A stretch of DNA of 64,000 nt, taken from positions 62,001-126,000 of IMG/VR virus record IMGVR_UViG_3300046787_000200. One strand, given 5' to 3'. The translations under genes were made by a program, and so were the position numbers. A model generated the notes under the pieces. The model saw only the letters and a program-made list of their open reading frames with translations. It made no database searches and had not been told where the DNA came from. How positions within the stretch are numbered: position 1 is the stretch's first letter; every line of letters begins with the position of its first letter. This document shows positions 10,616 to 20,000 of the stretch, piece after piece.

Positions 10616-11787
10616 TGGAAGAACAGATGTATGATATAAATTGTGTGACGAGATTGCACATTGAGTTATCAAGTAGATGTAATGCTAGTTGCCCTGCATG
10701 TAGTAGAAATCATAGCGGTGGCCCTGTTGCAGAAGATTTAGAACTTACTGAGTTATCAATCGATGATATCAAACGTATGGTTCCAGTAGAGATTGCACGA
10801 AATATAAAAAGTATTAATTACTGTGGCAATGTTGGTGATCCAGGTATGGCACCTGATCTATTAGAAATCATACAATATTTTAGAGAACATTCACCTAAGG
10901 TCGTACAACAAATTAGAACAAACGGTGGAATGCGCAACCCTGAGTATTGGACTAAGTTGGGTAATTTCTTTGCAAGACAAGCAGATCCCAATAATAAGTT
11001 CTTATTTAACATGGCAGGGGTAGTGTTTAGTGTTGATGGATTAGAAGATACTAATCACATTTATCGCAGAGGTGTTAAATGGGAAAAGTTAATTGCTAAC
11101 ATGAGAGCATATAGTGCTACCGGTGCATATGCTATATGGGAGTGGTTGATATTTGAGCACAATCAACATCAAGTTGAAGAAGCAAGAGCATTAGCAAAAG
11201 AATTAAATTTTCAGTTTATTGTTAAGAATCCACTAGGATTCGGTGAATATGATGGTAAAGTTAAGGGCTTATCTGTGTATAACAAAGAAGGTGCGTATGA
11301 GTACTCTATTTGGCCTGCTAATCACAAAGGTCCCAAAGAAGGACCAAACTTTGGTGAGAAAGTAGATTTCACTAAAATGATTAAAACGATTCCTATCATA
11401 AATGAATTCAGTAAAGAATTAGAAAAAACTTCTACAATAAAATGTAAGTCAATTGAACGTAAAGAATCACAAGAAGTTTATATCTCTGCTACTGGATACA
11501 TGCTACCATGTTGTTTCTTGGGAGGTGTATTTGGACAATTTAATAGTTCTTATAGTAGATATCAATTTAATACAATGATTAATGATTATGGATTGGATGT
11601 GTTTAATTTAAACAAACGTTCAATGTTAGAGATAATTAAAGGTCCTGAATTTTCAAAATTCTTTTTAGATGGTTGGAAAGCAGATACGATTGAGAATGGT
11701 AAATTGTTATTTTGTTTAGAAACATGCGGAAATCAATCTGCTATGGATAAATTATATAGAACTAAGATGATAGAGGTATCAAAATGA
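10615..11787 (+). CDS. Radical SAM protein with C-terminal SPASM/twitch cysteines
   Basis: N-terminal CNASCPAC; CGNVGDP in place of GGEP; C-terminal IKC...LPCC...CLETC. Confidence 0.88.
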   Translation: MEEQMYDINCVTRLHIELSSRCNASCPACSRNHSGGPVAEDLELTELSIDDIKRMVPVEIARNIKSINYCGNVGDPGMAPDLLEIIQYFREHSPKVVQQIRTNGGMRNPEYWTKLGNFFARQADPNNKFLFNMAGVVFSVDGLEDTNHIYRRGVKWEKLIANMRAYSATGAYAIWEWLIFEHNQHQVEEARALAKELNFQFIVKNPLGFGEYDGKVKGLSVYNKEGAYEYSIWPANHKGPKEGPNFGEKVDFTKMIKTIPIINEFSKELEKTSTIKCKSIERKESQEVYISATGYMLPCCFLGGVFGQFNSSYSRYQFNTMINDYGLDVFNLNKRSMLEIIKGPEFSKFFLDGWKADTIENGKLLFCLETCGNQSAMDKLYRTKMIEVSK

Positions 11788-12533
11788 GAATAGGTGTATT
11801 TGGTGATAGTTTCGCAGATAGAAACCCATACAATCCAGAAAGTCCCTTTAAGGAAGATGAATCATGGATGAAATGTATGGAAGATTCAGGACATGAAATT
11901 ACTACGTATGGGAAAACTGGTACTTCAACATGGTATTCGTTTCAACAATTCTTAGCACACCATGATCAATTTGATCATGTTATATTCTGTTATTCATCAA
12001 TGCATAGAATACATCATTTGCCAGAAGGACTTGAAGATTTAAGTTTCTTGACCACACCCGATCAACTTTATGAATTGAGAAAAAATAAAAACTTAACTCA
12101 ACGACAAGAATTGGATATAGTAAGAATACTTACAGGTCACGTACCTAACATTAGTACTACGTTTGACTTGTTTGTTAAGCAACATATATTTGATGAAGTT
12201 AATAATCTATGTAGAAATAAAAACATCAAGTTAGTTAATCTACTAACATTTGATGATAGAAAAGAAAAAAATTATTCTATTGACCTAGCGTTAAGAGCAG
12301 GTGATTGTTTATATAACTTATTTGAAGTAAGTCGTAGAGAATTACCTAGTATGGATAGAGTAGATAACAGATGGTGTCATTTATCACACGAATTAAATCT
12401 ATCATTGTCTGTACTATTAAGTCAATCTCTTAACAGTAAAGAATTACGCATTTTAGATTTACGCAAACATCCGGAATTTAATAAAGTTAACTATGATATC
12501 ACCTTGAGGTATATGAATGAGCCAACTACGTAA
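11784..12533 (+). CDS. SGNH/GDSL-like hydrolase or acyltransferase
   Basis: N-terminal FGDSF and late R-x-CH motif. Confidence 0.65.
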   Translation: MRIGVFGDSFADRNPYNPESPFKEDESWMKCMEDSGHEITTYGKTGTSTWYSFQQFLAHHDQFDHVIFCYSSMHRIHHLPEGLEDLSFLTTPDQLYELRKNKNLTQRQELDIVRILTGHVPNISTTFDLFVKQHIFDEVNNLCRNKNIKLVNLLTFDDRKEKNYSIDLALRAGDCLYNLFEVSRRELPSMDRVDNRWCHLSHELNLSLSVLLSQSLNSKELRILDLRKHPEFNKVNYDITLRYMNEPTT

Positions 12534-13263
12534 GATTATCACTTTGGGTGATAGTTTTACGTTTGGACATGGGTGTGCAGACCGTGAATATTACTATGAC
12601 CATGATACTAAAACATTCATAGGTGATCATAGACCTTTTAAAGAAAATATTCCTAGTCAATATTGTTGGCCTACTTTACTTCAGCAACATATGCATGAGG
12701 TTGAAGTTATTAATTTATCGCAACCGGCAAATTCCAATCAGGGACTATTCCGTAACTTATTAACCTATTGTGAAACCAACACAATTAATGAAGGTGATAT
12801 TATCATCTTTAACGGATCATTCCCGGGTAGGATAGACATTGCATCAGGTGCTCGTCCTGAAGTTACTGTTCCTTGGGTCATGGGTTGGGATCACCAATCA
12901 CAAATGGAAAATGAAATTGAATACAATGTTGCTAAAAAAATGTACATAACACATTTATTCAATGATTCAATAGGATATACACAATCATTGTCATCAGTAT
13001 TAGCAACACATGCATTTGCTACAATGTATAAAGCAAAGTATATTTGGTCATTGCCCAATCATGTTTATCCAAAAGAAGTTCTGGATAAACTAAAACCAAT
13101 TAATCATTTACGAATAACAGACTTATGTAAATATGATTTTTCTGGCACTAACACATATGATTTTAACAAAACTTGTTTTGCTCCCGATTATCACGTGAAT
13201 AATTTGGGACATTCTATATACTTGCAAAAACAAATAATCCCCGTCATACAATCCCTTCTATAA
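12517..13263 (+). CDS. SGNH/GDSL-like hydrolase
   Basis: GDSFTFG, NLS-x-P-x-x-SN, DYHVNNLGH. Confidence 0.75.
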   Translation: MSQLRKIITLGDSFTFGHGCADREYYYDHDTKTFIGDHRPFKENIPSQYCWPTLLQQHMHEVEVINLSQPANSNQGLFRNLLTYCETNTINEGDIIIFNGSFPGRIDIASGARPEVTVPWVMGWDHQSQMENEIEYNVAKKMYITHLFNDSIGYTQSLSSVLATHAFATMYKAKYIWSLPNHVYPKEVLDKLKPINHLRITDLCKYDFSGTNTYDFNKTCFAPDYHVNNLGHSIYLQKQIIPVIQSLL

Positions 13264-13271
13264 ATATCGTA

Positions 13272-14621
13272 ATGAATAATAATGAACAAATAGACAATCC
13301 AGACTCTGAATTCGTTGAAAAGAAAGTATTTCCCATACAAAACGAAGCCGCATGCTTGTACAAATGGGCATGGAGTACTATTTTCTTAAGCAGAGGTACA
13401 ACATCAAGTTGCCATAGAGGTCGTCATTGGAGATTGACTGAGGATAACTTCATGGATTTTCATAACCATCACGGTAAATTAGCCGACAGAGAAAAAATGT
13501 CGAGTGGGGAATGGCCTGGTAATGGTTGTGAGTACTGTAGAGATATAGAAAAAGCAGGTGGAACTAGTGATAGATCAGGATTTGTAAATGAATCAATAGA
13601 ACTATTACCACCTGAGTTTGAAGGATATGTACAGCGTATATATGAATATGATACTATCCCGTTAAAAGTAAGTCCTACACTATTAGAAGTTTATTTTAAC
13701 AATGTATGTAATCAATCATGTGTCTATTGCACTCCTGGATTTAGTAGTCAGATTGAACAAGAGGTTCGCAAATACGGGCCTAGCAAGTATAATGAAGATT
13801 ACAGCACATGGCGTCCTGATTCAAAATACGAATTGTATAAAGAAAAGTTTTGGGAATGGATGGCAAAGAATAGTGAGCATGTACAGATATTACAAGTATT
13901 AGGCGGTGAGCCACTATATCAAAAAGAGTTTGAACAATGTTTAGATTTCTTTGACAAGAACCCTAGACCTAATTTAGTATACCGTTCATTTAGTAATCTA
14001 AAACACGATCCTGAAAAGTTTAAAGCAAAGATACAGCGAGTACAAAACTTGATTGATCAAGGTAAATTAAAACGTATGGAAGTTGTATGTAGCATTGATT
14101 GCTGGGGTCCGGAAATTGAATATGTACGTGATGGCTTGATACTAGCCGAATGGGAAGAAAACATGAACACATTGTTAACGACTCCTGGTATGGGAGTATT
14201 AGTTCATGCTACACTTACTGCATTAACGTTGCCTACATTGAATCAATTGATAGAGAAAACAAATGAATGGCGTAAGATAAAAGATACAGTAGGTATCAAT
14301 TGGAATACAGTTGTTAGACCATCAACATTCAATCCATATAATTTTGGTAAATATTTGGCACCGTTTATTGATAGATCGATTGATGCATTAAATTACTATA
14401 GTAACCATGTAGAGAAAGAAAAGTTACAGACACACTTACGTGGTATACAACAACAGTTATTAACTACACCCGCAAATAAAAAAGAAGTTAATGACTTTGC
14501 TAACTTCTTAGATGATATAGACAAACGTAGAAATAGAGATTGGCGAACATTATTTCCGCAAATTGTAGATATTGTAAATATTATAAACAAAGAGGAACCA
14601 GACTATGTTCAAGTGGATTAA
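13272..14621 (+). CDS. N-terminal twitch-domain radical SAM protein
   Basis: CLYKW...SCHRG...CEYC; CNQSCVYC; GGEP; TATAAATA 5 nt upstream. Confidence 0.88.
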   Translation: MNNNEQIDNPDSEFVEKKVFPIQNEAACLYKWAWSTIFLSRGTTSSCHRGRHWRLTEDNFMDFHNHHGKLADREKMSSGEWPGNGCEYCRDIEKAGGTSDRSGFVNESIELLPPEFEGYVQRIYEYDTIPLKVSPTLLEVYFNNVCNQSCVYCTPGFSSQIEQEVRKYGPSKYNEDYSTWRPDSKYELYKEKFWEWMAKNSEHVQILQVLGGEPLYQKEFEQCLDFFDKNPRPNLVYRSFSNLKHDPEKFKAKIQRVQNLIDQGKLKRMEVVCSIDCWGPEIEYVRDGLILAEWEENMNTLLTTPGMGVLVHATLTALTLPTLNQLIEKTNEWRKIKDTVGINWNTVVRPSTFNPYNFGKYLAPFIDRSIDALNYYSNHVEKEKLQTHLRGIQQQLLTTPANKKEVNDFANFLDDIDKRRNRDWRTLFPQIVDIVNIINKEEPDYVQVD

Positions 14622-14709
14622 AAACTTATATCACAGCATAAAATCAGAGTTACGTTATCGTAAACGATTAAAAGAATTAAAGAAACGTGACCCATTTATA
14701 TACAAATGA
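14605..14709 (+). CDS. 34-aa basic micro-protein MFKWIKNLYHSIKSELRYRKRLKELKKRDPFIYK (not in ORF track)
   Basis: AGAGGA SD upstream; fills the gap between genes; ATGA overlap with next gene. Confidence 0.7.
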   Translation: MFKWIKNLYHSIKSELRYRKRLKELKKRDPFIYK

Positions 14710-15518
14710 TTCCGCTGAATAATTTATTGGACTCACAAGACTTTAGTGAGGTAATTCCGTATACAAAAGTCGAGCATAAAACATTATCAATTGATGCATA
14801 TACTACTGATTTTGCATCATTTGATGATATGAAATATGCTGAGTACTGGCAAGGAGAGCAGTTCAATTATTTTTATAATAGATATGGATTCAGAGATATT
14901 GATGTTATCCCTGAATCCATAGACATAGGTGCATTTGGTTGTAGCTTCACTGCCGGGTTAGGATTACCGGAACATATGCTTTGGCATAAACTGTTAGGCA
15001 CCTCATCATACAATTTTGGTGTGTCGGGTGCTAGTACTAAATCAGTGTTTGATTTGTTTTTAATAACATCTAAACATGTTAAAATGAAAAATGCTATATT
15101 TTTACTACCAAGTTTAAATAGAGTTCAAATTGCGGCGACAAATCCATTATTGTCCAGAATATCTTATTTGTCAATTGTCCCTTCGCATAAAAGTGAATTA
15201 GCATTAGTACATGGGGTTGATAGTGAGTTGGTATACAAAGTATTACCGGAAGAAGAACAGATAAAAAACTTTAGAAACGATGCATACATCATAGATCATA
15301 TAGCAAAAGAACGTGGTATTAATGTATATCTGTCTACTTGGGACAGTCTTACATATGAAGTATTGGCACAATTAAAATTTACACATTGTACTGTATTGCC
15401 AGTATGGGGTTCTCTCTCACAGGAACAAGCAGAATCAGATTTAGCTAGAGATAAAAAACATCCGGGGCCAATACATCATCAGCAATGGGTTGACAAAATT
15501 AAACATTTAATAAAATGA
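14706..15518 (+). CDS. SGNH-like protein
   Basis: NRYGFRD, FGCSFTAG, NFGVSGAS, ARDKKHPG. Confidence 0.7.
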   Translation: MIPLNNLLDSQDFSEVIPYTKVEHKTLSIDAYTTDFASFDDMKYAEYWQGEQFNYFYNRYGFRDIDVIPESIDIGAFGCSFTAGLGLPEHMLWHKLLGTSSYNFGVSGASTKSVFDLFLITSKHVKMKNAIFLLPSLNRVQIAATNPLLSRISYLSIVPSHKSELALVHGVDSELVYKVLPEEEQIKNFRNDAYIIDHIAKERGINVYLSTWDSLTYEVLAQLKFTHCTVLPVWGSLSQEQAESDLARDKKHPGPIHHQQWVDKIKHLIK

Positions 15519-17020
15519 ACTACATAGGAATATCAGCCGGATTCCATGATGCGGCATTATCAGTTATTGACGATAGTGGCAATATATTATTTGCTGGACA
15601 TAGTGAACGTTATAATAAACAGAAACATACAAAACACTTATCAATTGGTATAGTTGAAGATGCATTATCGTATTGCAATAGCAGAGATATACAGATTCAT
15701 TACTATGAACGCCCGTGGATGAAGTTTCTACGACAAGTTCGTTCAGGTGAAAAGCCTAAGTTATCTAGTCTATTGCTTAAAGAAACAATTGGTACTGGAT
15801 TACTACACAAACTACAAGATGGCCGTGGGGGTAAAGTACATACTCACAATCATCATTTAAGTCATGCGGCTGCAGGGTTTCAAACAAGTCCATATGATGA
15901 TGCTACAGTAGTTGTTATTGATGCTATTGGTGAGTTCGACACTATCAGTATTTGGAACGCATACTATGACAAGAACGGTGTAGCACAATACAAAAAACTA
16001 TGGGGACAGAAGTACCCAGATAGCATTGGCTTATTCTATTCGGCAATGACAGAACGAGTGGGTTTGCGACCATTAGATGAAGAATACATTTTGATGGGCA
16101 TGGCGGCATATGGTAAGTCAAACCTAAAACAAGAATTAAAAGAAATGTCCGATACATTAATACGATCATATAAAGATATTACTTTTAAAGACAATCTACA
16201 TACGGGTGTGTCAGATGATTTGCTTAAAGATACAGACCATATGGATATTGCTTGTAGTACACAATTGATCGCAGAACAATTGATTGCATCTGTTATCAGT
16301 AGAGCAAAAAGTTTAAGTAATAGTAAGAACTTAGTATATGGTGGTGGCGTAGCATTAAATTGTTTAGCAAATAGATTATTAGGAAACTTTTATGACAACA
16401 TTTGGATTATGCCTAATCCTGGCGATGCTGGTTCTAGTCTTGGAGCGGCTTGTCTTGGTTATGGCAAACGTATTAACTGGACTGATGCTTACCTTGGTCA
16501 TAATATTCTTGGTCAGTATCCTGTCAATCAGTTATTGGATCATCTTACTACCACTGGCATTGTTGGTGTGGCTAATGGTCGTGCTGAGTTCGGACCTAGA
16601 GCCCTTGGACATAGAAGCCTACTTGCAGACCCAAGAGGAACAGAAATAAAGGATAAAGTAAATGAAATTAAACGTAGGCAAAAGTTTAGACCCTTTGCGC
16701 CAGTCATTCTGGAGGAGTATGCTGATATGTATTTTGATATGCCTCGTGGCTTCAGTAACAGTAGGTATATGCAAGTCATCGCTCGTTGCAGGCATCCTGA
16801 CTTATTTCCTGCTATCGTTCATAATGATGGTACTAGTAGGGTACAGACTGTGCCAAGGGATGGCTCCGGAATACGAGGACTATTAGAGAAATGGTATGTA
16901 TTGACAGGTTGCCCGATGTTGCTTAATACTAGCTTAAACATACGAGGCGAGCCAATGGTAAATGACCGAAACGATGCAGATCGCTTTGAAATAATGTATA
17001 ATGTAAAAGTTATATCATAA
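15515..17020 (+). CDS. Carbamoyltransferase (NodU/CmcH/TobZ family)
   Basis: GFHDAA, HHLSHAAA, GGVALNC, PGDAG, EFGPRALGHRSLLADPR, RPFAP, LLNTSLN. Confidence 0.95.
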   Translation: MNYIGISAGFHDAALSVIDDSGNILFAGHSERYNKQKHTKHLSIGIVEDALSYCNSRDIQIHYYERPWMKFLRQVRSGEKPKLSSLLLKETIGTGLLHKLQDGRGGKVHTHNHHLSHAAAGFQTSPYDDATVVVIDAIGEFDTISIWNAYYDKNGVAQYKKLWGQKYPDSIGLFYSAMTERVGLRPLDEEYILMGMAAYGKSNLKQELKEMSDTLIRSYKDITFKDNLHTGVSDDLLKDTDHMDIACSTQLIAEQLIASVISRAKSLSNSKNLVYGGGVALNCLANRLLGNFYDNIWIMPNPGDAGSSLGAACLGYGKRINWTDAYLGHNILGQYPVNQLLDHLTTTGIVGVANGRAEFGPRALGHRSLLADPRGTEIKDKVNEIKRRQKFRPFAPVILEEYADMYFDMPRGFSNSRYMQVIARCRHPDLFPAIVHNDGTSRVQTVPRDGSGIRGLLEKWYVLTGCPMLLNTSLNIRGEPMVNDRNDADRFEIMYNVKVIS

Positions 17021-17028
17021 GTATATGT

Positions 17029-20000
17029 ATGTTAAGAGATGTATTTTATTTCGGAGATAAACCCAACGTTCACCCAAGAGAAAAGTTTGCAGTAGATTTA
17101 GCTGATGCTAAACGACAGTCAACCACTGAGCACTTTTGGATAATTAACGAACATTGTAATTATAAAGATTTTGATTGGGACTGGGACTTTGATTTCCTAC
17201 CCGATGAAGATGTGTGGGCAGAAGAACACAACAATGTTTGGCCTAGCCCCTATCAGAAAGATAGTGGCACTTGGTTATGCAATGCAGACAATGATGAACC
17301 ACTAACAATCTATCGTGCAGACGTAGATCCTATTCCATTAAAAGATGAAGTAACAAGTAACTGGAAGATCATTGAATATATTGAAAAAGATAAATTTGAT
17401 TTTAAATGGCATCCAGACCCAACTGACCCTCCCTACATATATGTATTTGGTAATGAATGGTATCCCGGGACTATTATGCCCACAGTTGAATATCATGTTG
17501 AAGGTGCAACAGAACGTAAATATGTAACTGATCAAATAGCTCAACTATTACCAATGCCAATGTTGTTCAATATCATATATGAACCGGCGGAGTTTGATTA
17601 TAGTTGGAGACCAGACCCTACAGCACCACCTTATATCTATGTATTTGGTAACAATCAATATCCTGCAAGTGTGATGCCAACGGTTGAGTTTCATGTTGAA
17701 GGTGCAACAGAACGTAAGTTTATTGAAAATATTGTTCCTAAGTTGGCAGCAAGACCTGCAGAATTTGATGTATTAGAAGATATAGATCAGTCATCATTTG
17801 ATTTTAGTTGGGTCCCTGATCCTACTGCGCCTCCTTATATATATGCTTGGGGTAATCAATGGAACAAGCCAGAAGATAAAATTAGTGTTCAGTATGTAGC
17901 AGAAGGTGCGACAGAATACAAATACATGGATGCACGTACTAAACGTAAGGAGTCAATGAATAATTGGAACATACCACCTAATATGTTTCAAAATAAGTTT
18001 GATTTTAGTTGGGAACCTAGTCCGGCTGATCTACCGTTCATATATCAATTTGGTACTCAATGGCAAAAAACACATGGTCCTCAATATATTGTAGAAGGCG
18101 CTACCGAGATAAAATATGTTGACGTATTAAAAGCAGAAGTTGTATGTACTGAGTTTGAAAATTGGCAAGTACCTAGAAACATTGACCAATCTAAGTTTGA
18201 TTTTAGTTGGCATCCCGATAGCACAGAAGAACCATACATCTATCAATTTCCTGATCAGTGGACCAGAACCGGTGGACCTAGATATGTCGTACCCGGCGCA
18301 ACTGAAATCAAGTACATAGATGTGCAGACAGCAACAGCTAAACATGACAAGACACACTGGGTTATACCTGATGATATTGATGTTAGTGAGTTTGATTTTA
18401 GTTGGCACCCCGACATAGATCACGCACCATTGATATATCAATTTGGAACTCAGTGGCAACGAACTAGTGGACCTAAGTTTTATGCAGTCGGTTGCACAGA
18501 AGATAGTGATATACAATATGTTGACATTATCAAAGCTAAAGCTTTGCCTAATAAAGAATTATGGCAAACATTAATCTCAGTAGATAATTTTGATTATAGC
18601 TGGCATCCAGATGAAACTGAAGAACCCTACATATATGTTTTTGGCAATCAATGGAATCGTGCTGAAGTAGAACCTACATTAATATATGAGATGCCTGGAG
18701 CAACACATAAAAAGTATATTAATGACATTGGTATTAAAGCATCTGCATATGCTGAAGGTTGGGAAACAATTGAAGATATTGAATCATTTGATTACAGTTG
18801 GAGACCTGATCCAGGGGATCCCGCATACATATATGTATTTGGTAATAAGCAATATGATGGCACAATTATGCCCACAGTTAAATTACATATCAAAGACGCT
18901 ACACAAGAAAAGTTTGTTGATGATATTGTTGCAACATTGGCACAACGTCCCGATCTATTTAAAAACACAGAACTAATCAAAGACTTTGACTATTCATGGA
19001 GACCAAACCCTAAAGACCCACCGTATGTATATCAGTTCGGGACACAATGGGCTAAAACACATGGACCTCAGTTTATTATACCTGAAGCTATTGAGACAAA
19101 ATTTATTAACTATCCAGTTGCAACAATATTGCCTGATATGACACACTGGGAAATACCAGAGAATGTTGATGTTACTAAGTTTGATTTTAGCTGGCACCCA
19201 GATGGTACTGCACCCGCATACATCTATCAATTTGGCACACTGCTTGATGATAAAGATGGTCCTAGATATATTACACCTGATAATGATGGTATAGTTGTTA
19301 ATTTAGAGCGTAAAGAAATCATATTAGAAGAATTGATATTCCCTAAGTACAATATAAAGACCACACTAGAAGATTTAATAAACGAACATGAAGGTGAAAT
19401 CTTTTGGGCTATCAACCCTGAACTTGACTACTCAAACTTTGATTTCAAGTGGGTACCTGATAAACAAAATGTCTATCACATTAATGCATTCGGTAGTAAA
19501 GATAATATCAACACACAGACTTATTTTGTCAATGGTAAAATGTGGCAGAAAGGCTACCGTGATATTAATTACGTTGAAGATAAAGTAATTGATGTTAGAA
19601 CTAAAATTGATATGTTCTTTGTTGACAGAGGTAATAGTCAATCACAAGAACGATTCAATAAGCTAAAGGCAAAGTTTGATAACATCACTAAAACACGATA
19701 CTTGAACAGTTGGGTTGATACAATTAATCGGTGTATTACTAAGTCAAGTACAAACTTGTGCTGGATATTGAACAGTGAGCTTGACTATGATGATTTTGAG
19801 TTTGATTACTATCCTAGTCCATGGCAAATGCGCATGGTTCATGTGTTCGGTACTCAGTGGAGTCATTGGGGCACAACGTTTATGGTTAACAAACATAGCT
19901 TCAGTGAAGATACAAAATATGTTAAAGTTATTGAACATTTAAGTAATCTTAACTTTGTCAAACGTAAGACTGCTAAAGCAACTAATTGTTTGTATGACAT

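Noticed and set aside
17395-19290. CRISPR array or DGR repeats
   Set aside because: The repeats are degenerate, in-frame protein repeats without identical DNA units; no cas or reverse transcriptase gene is present
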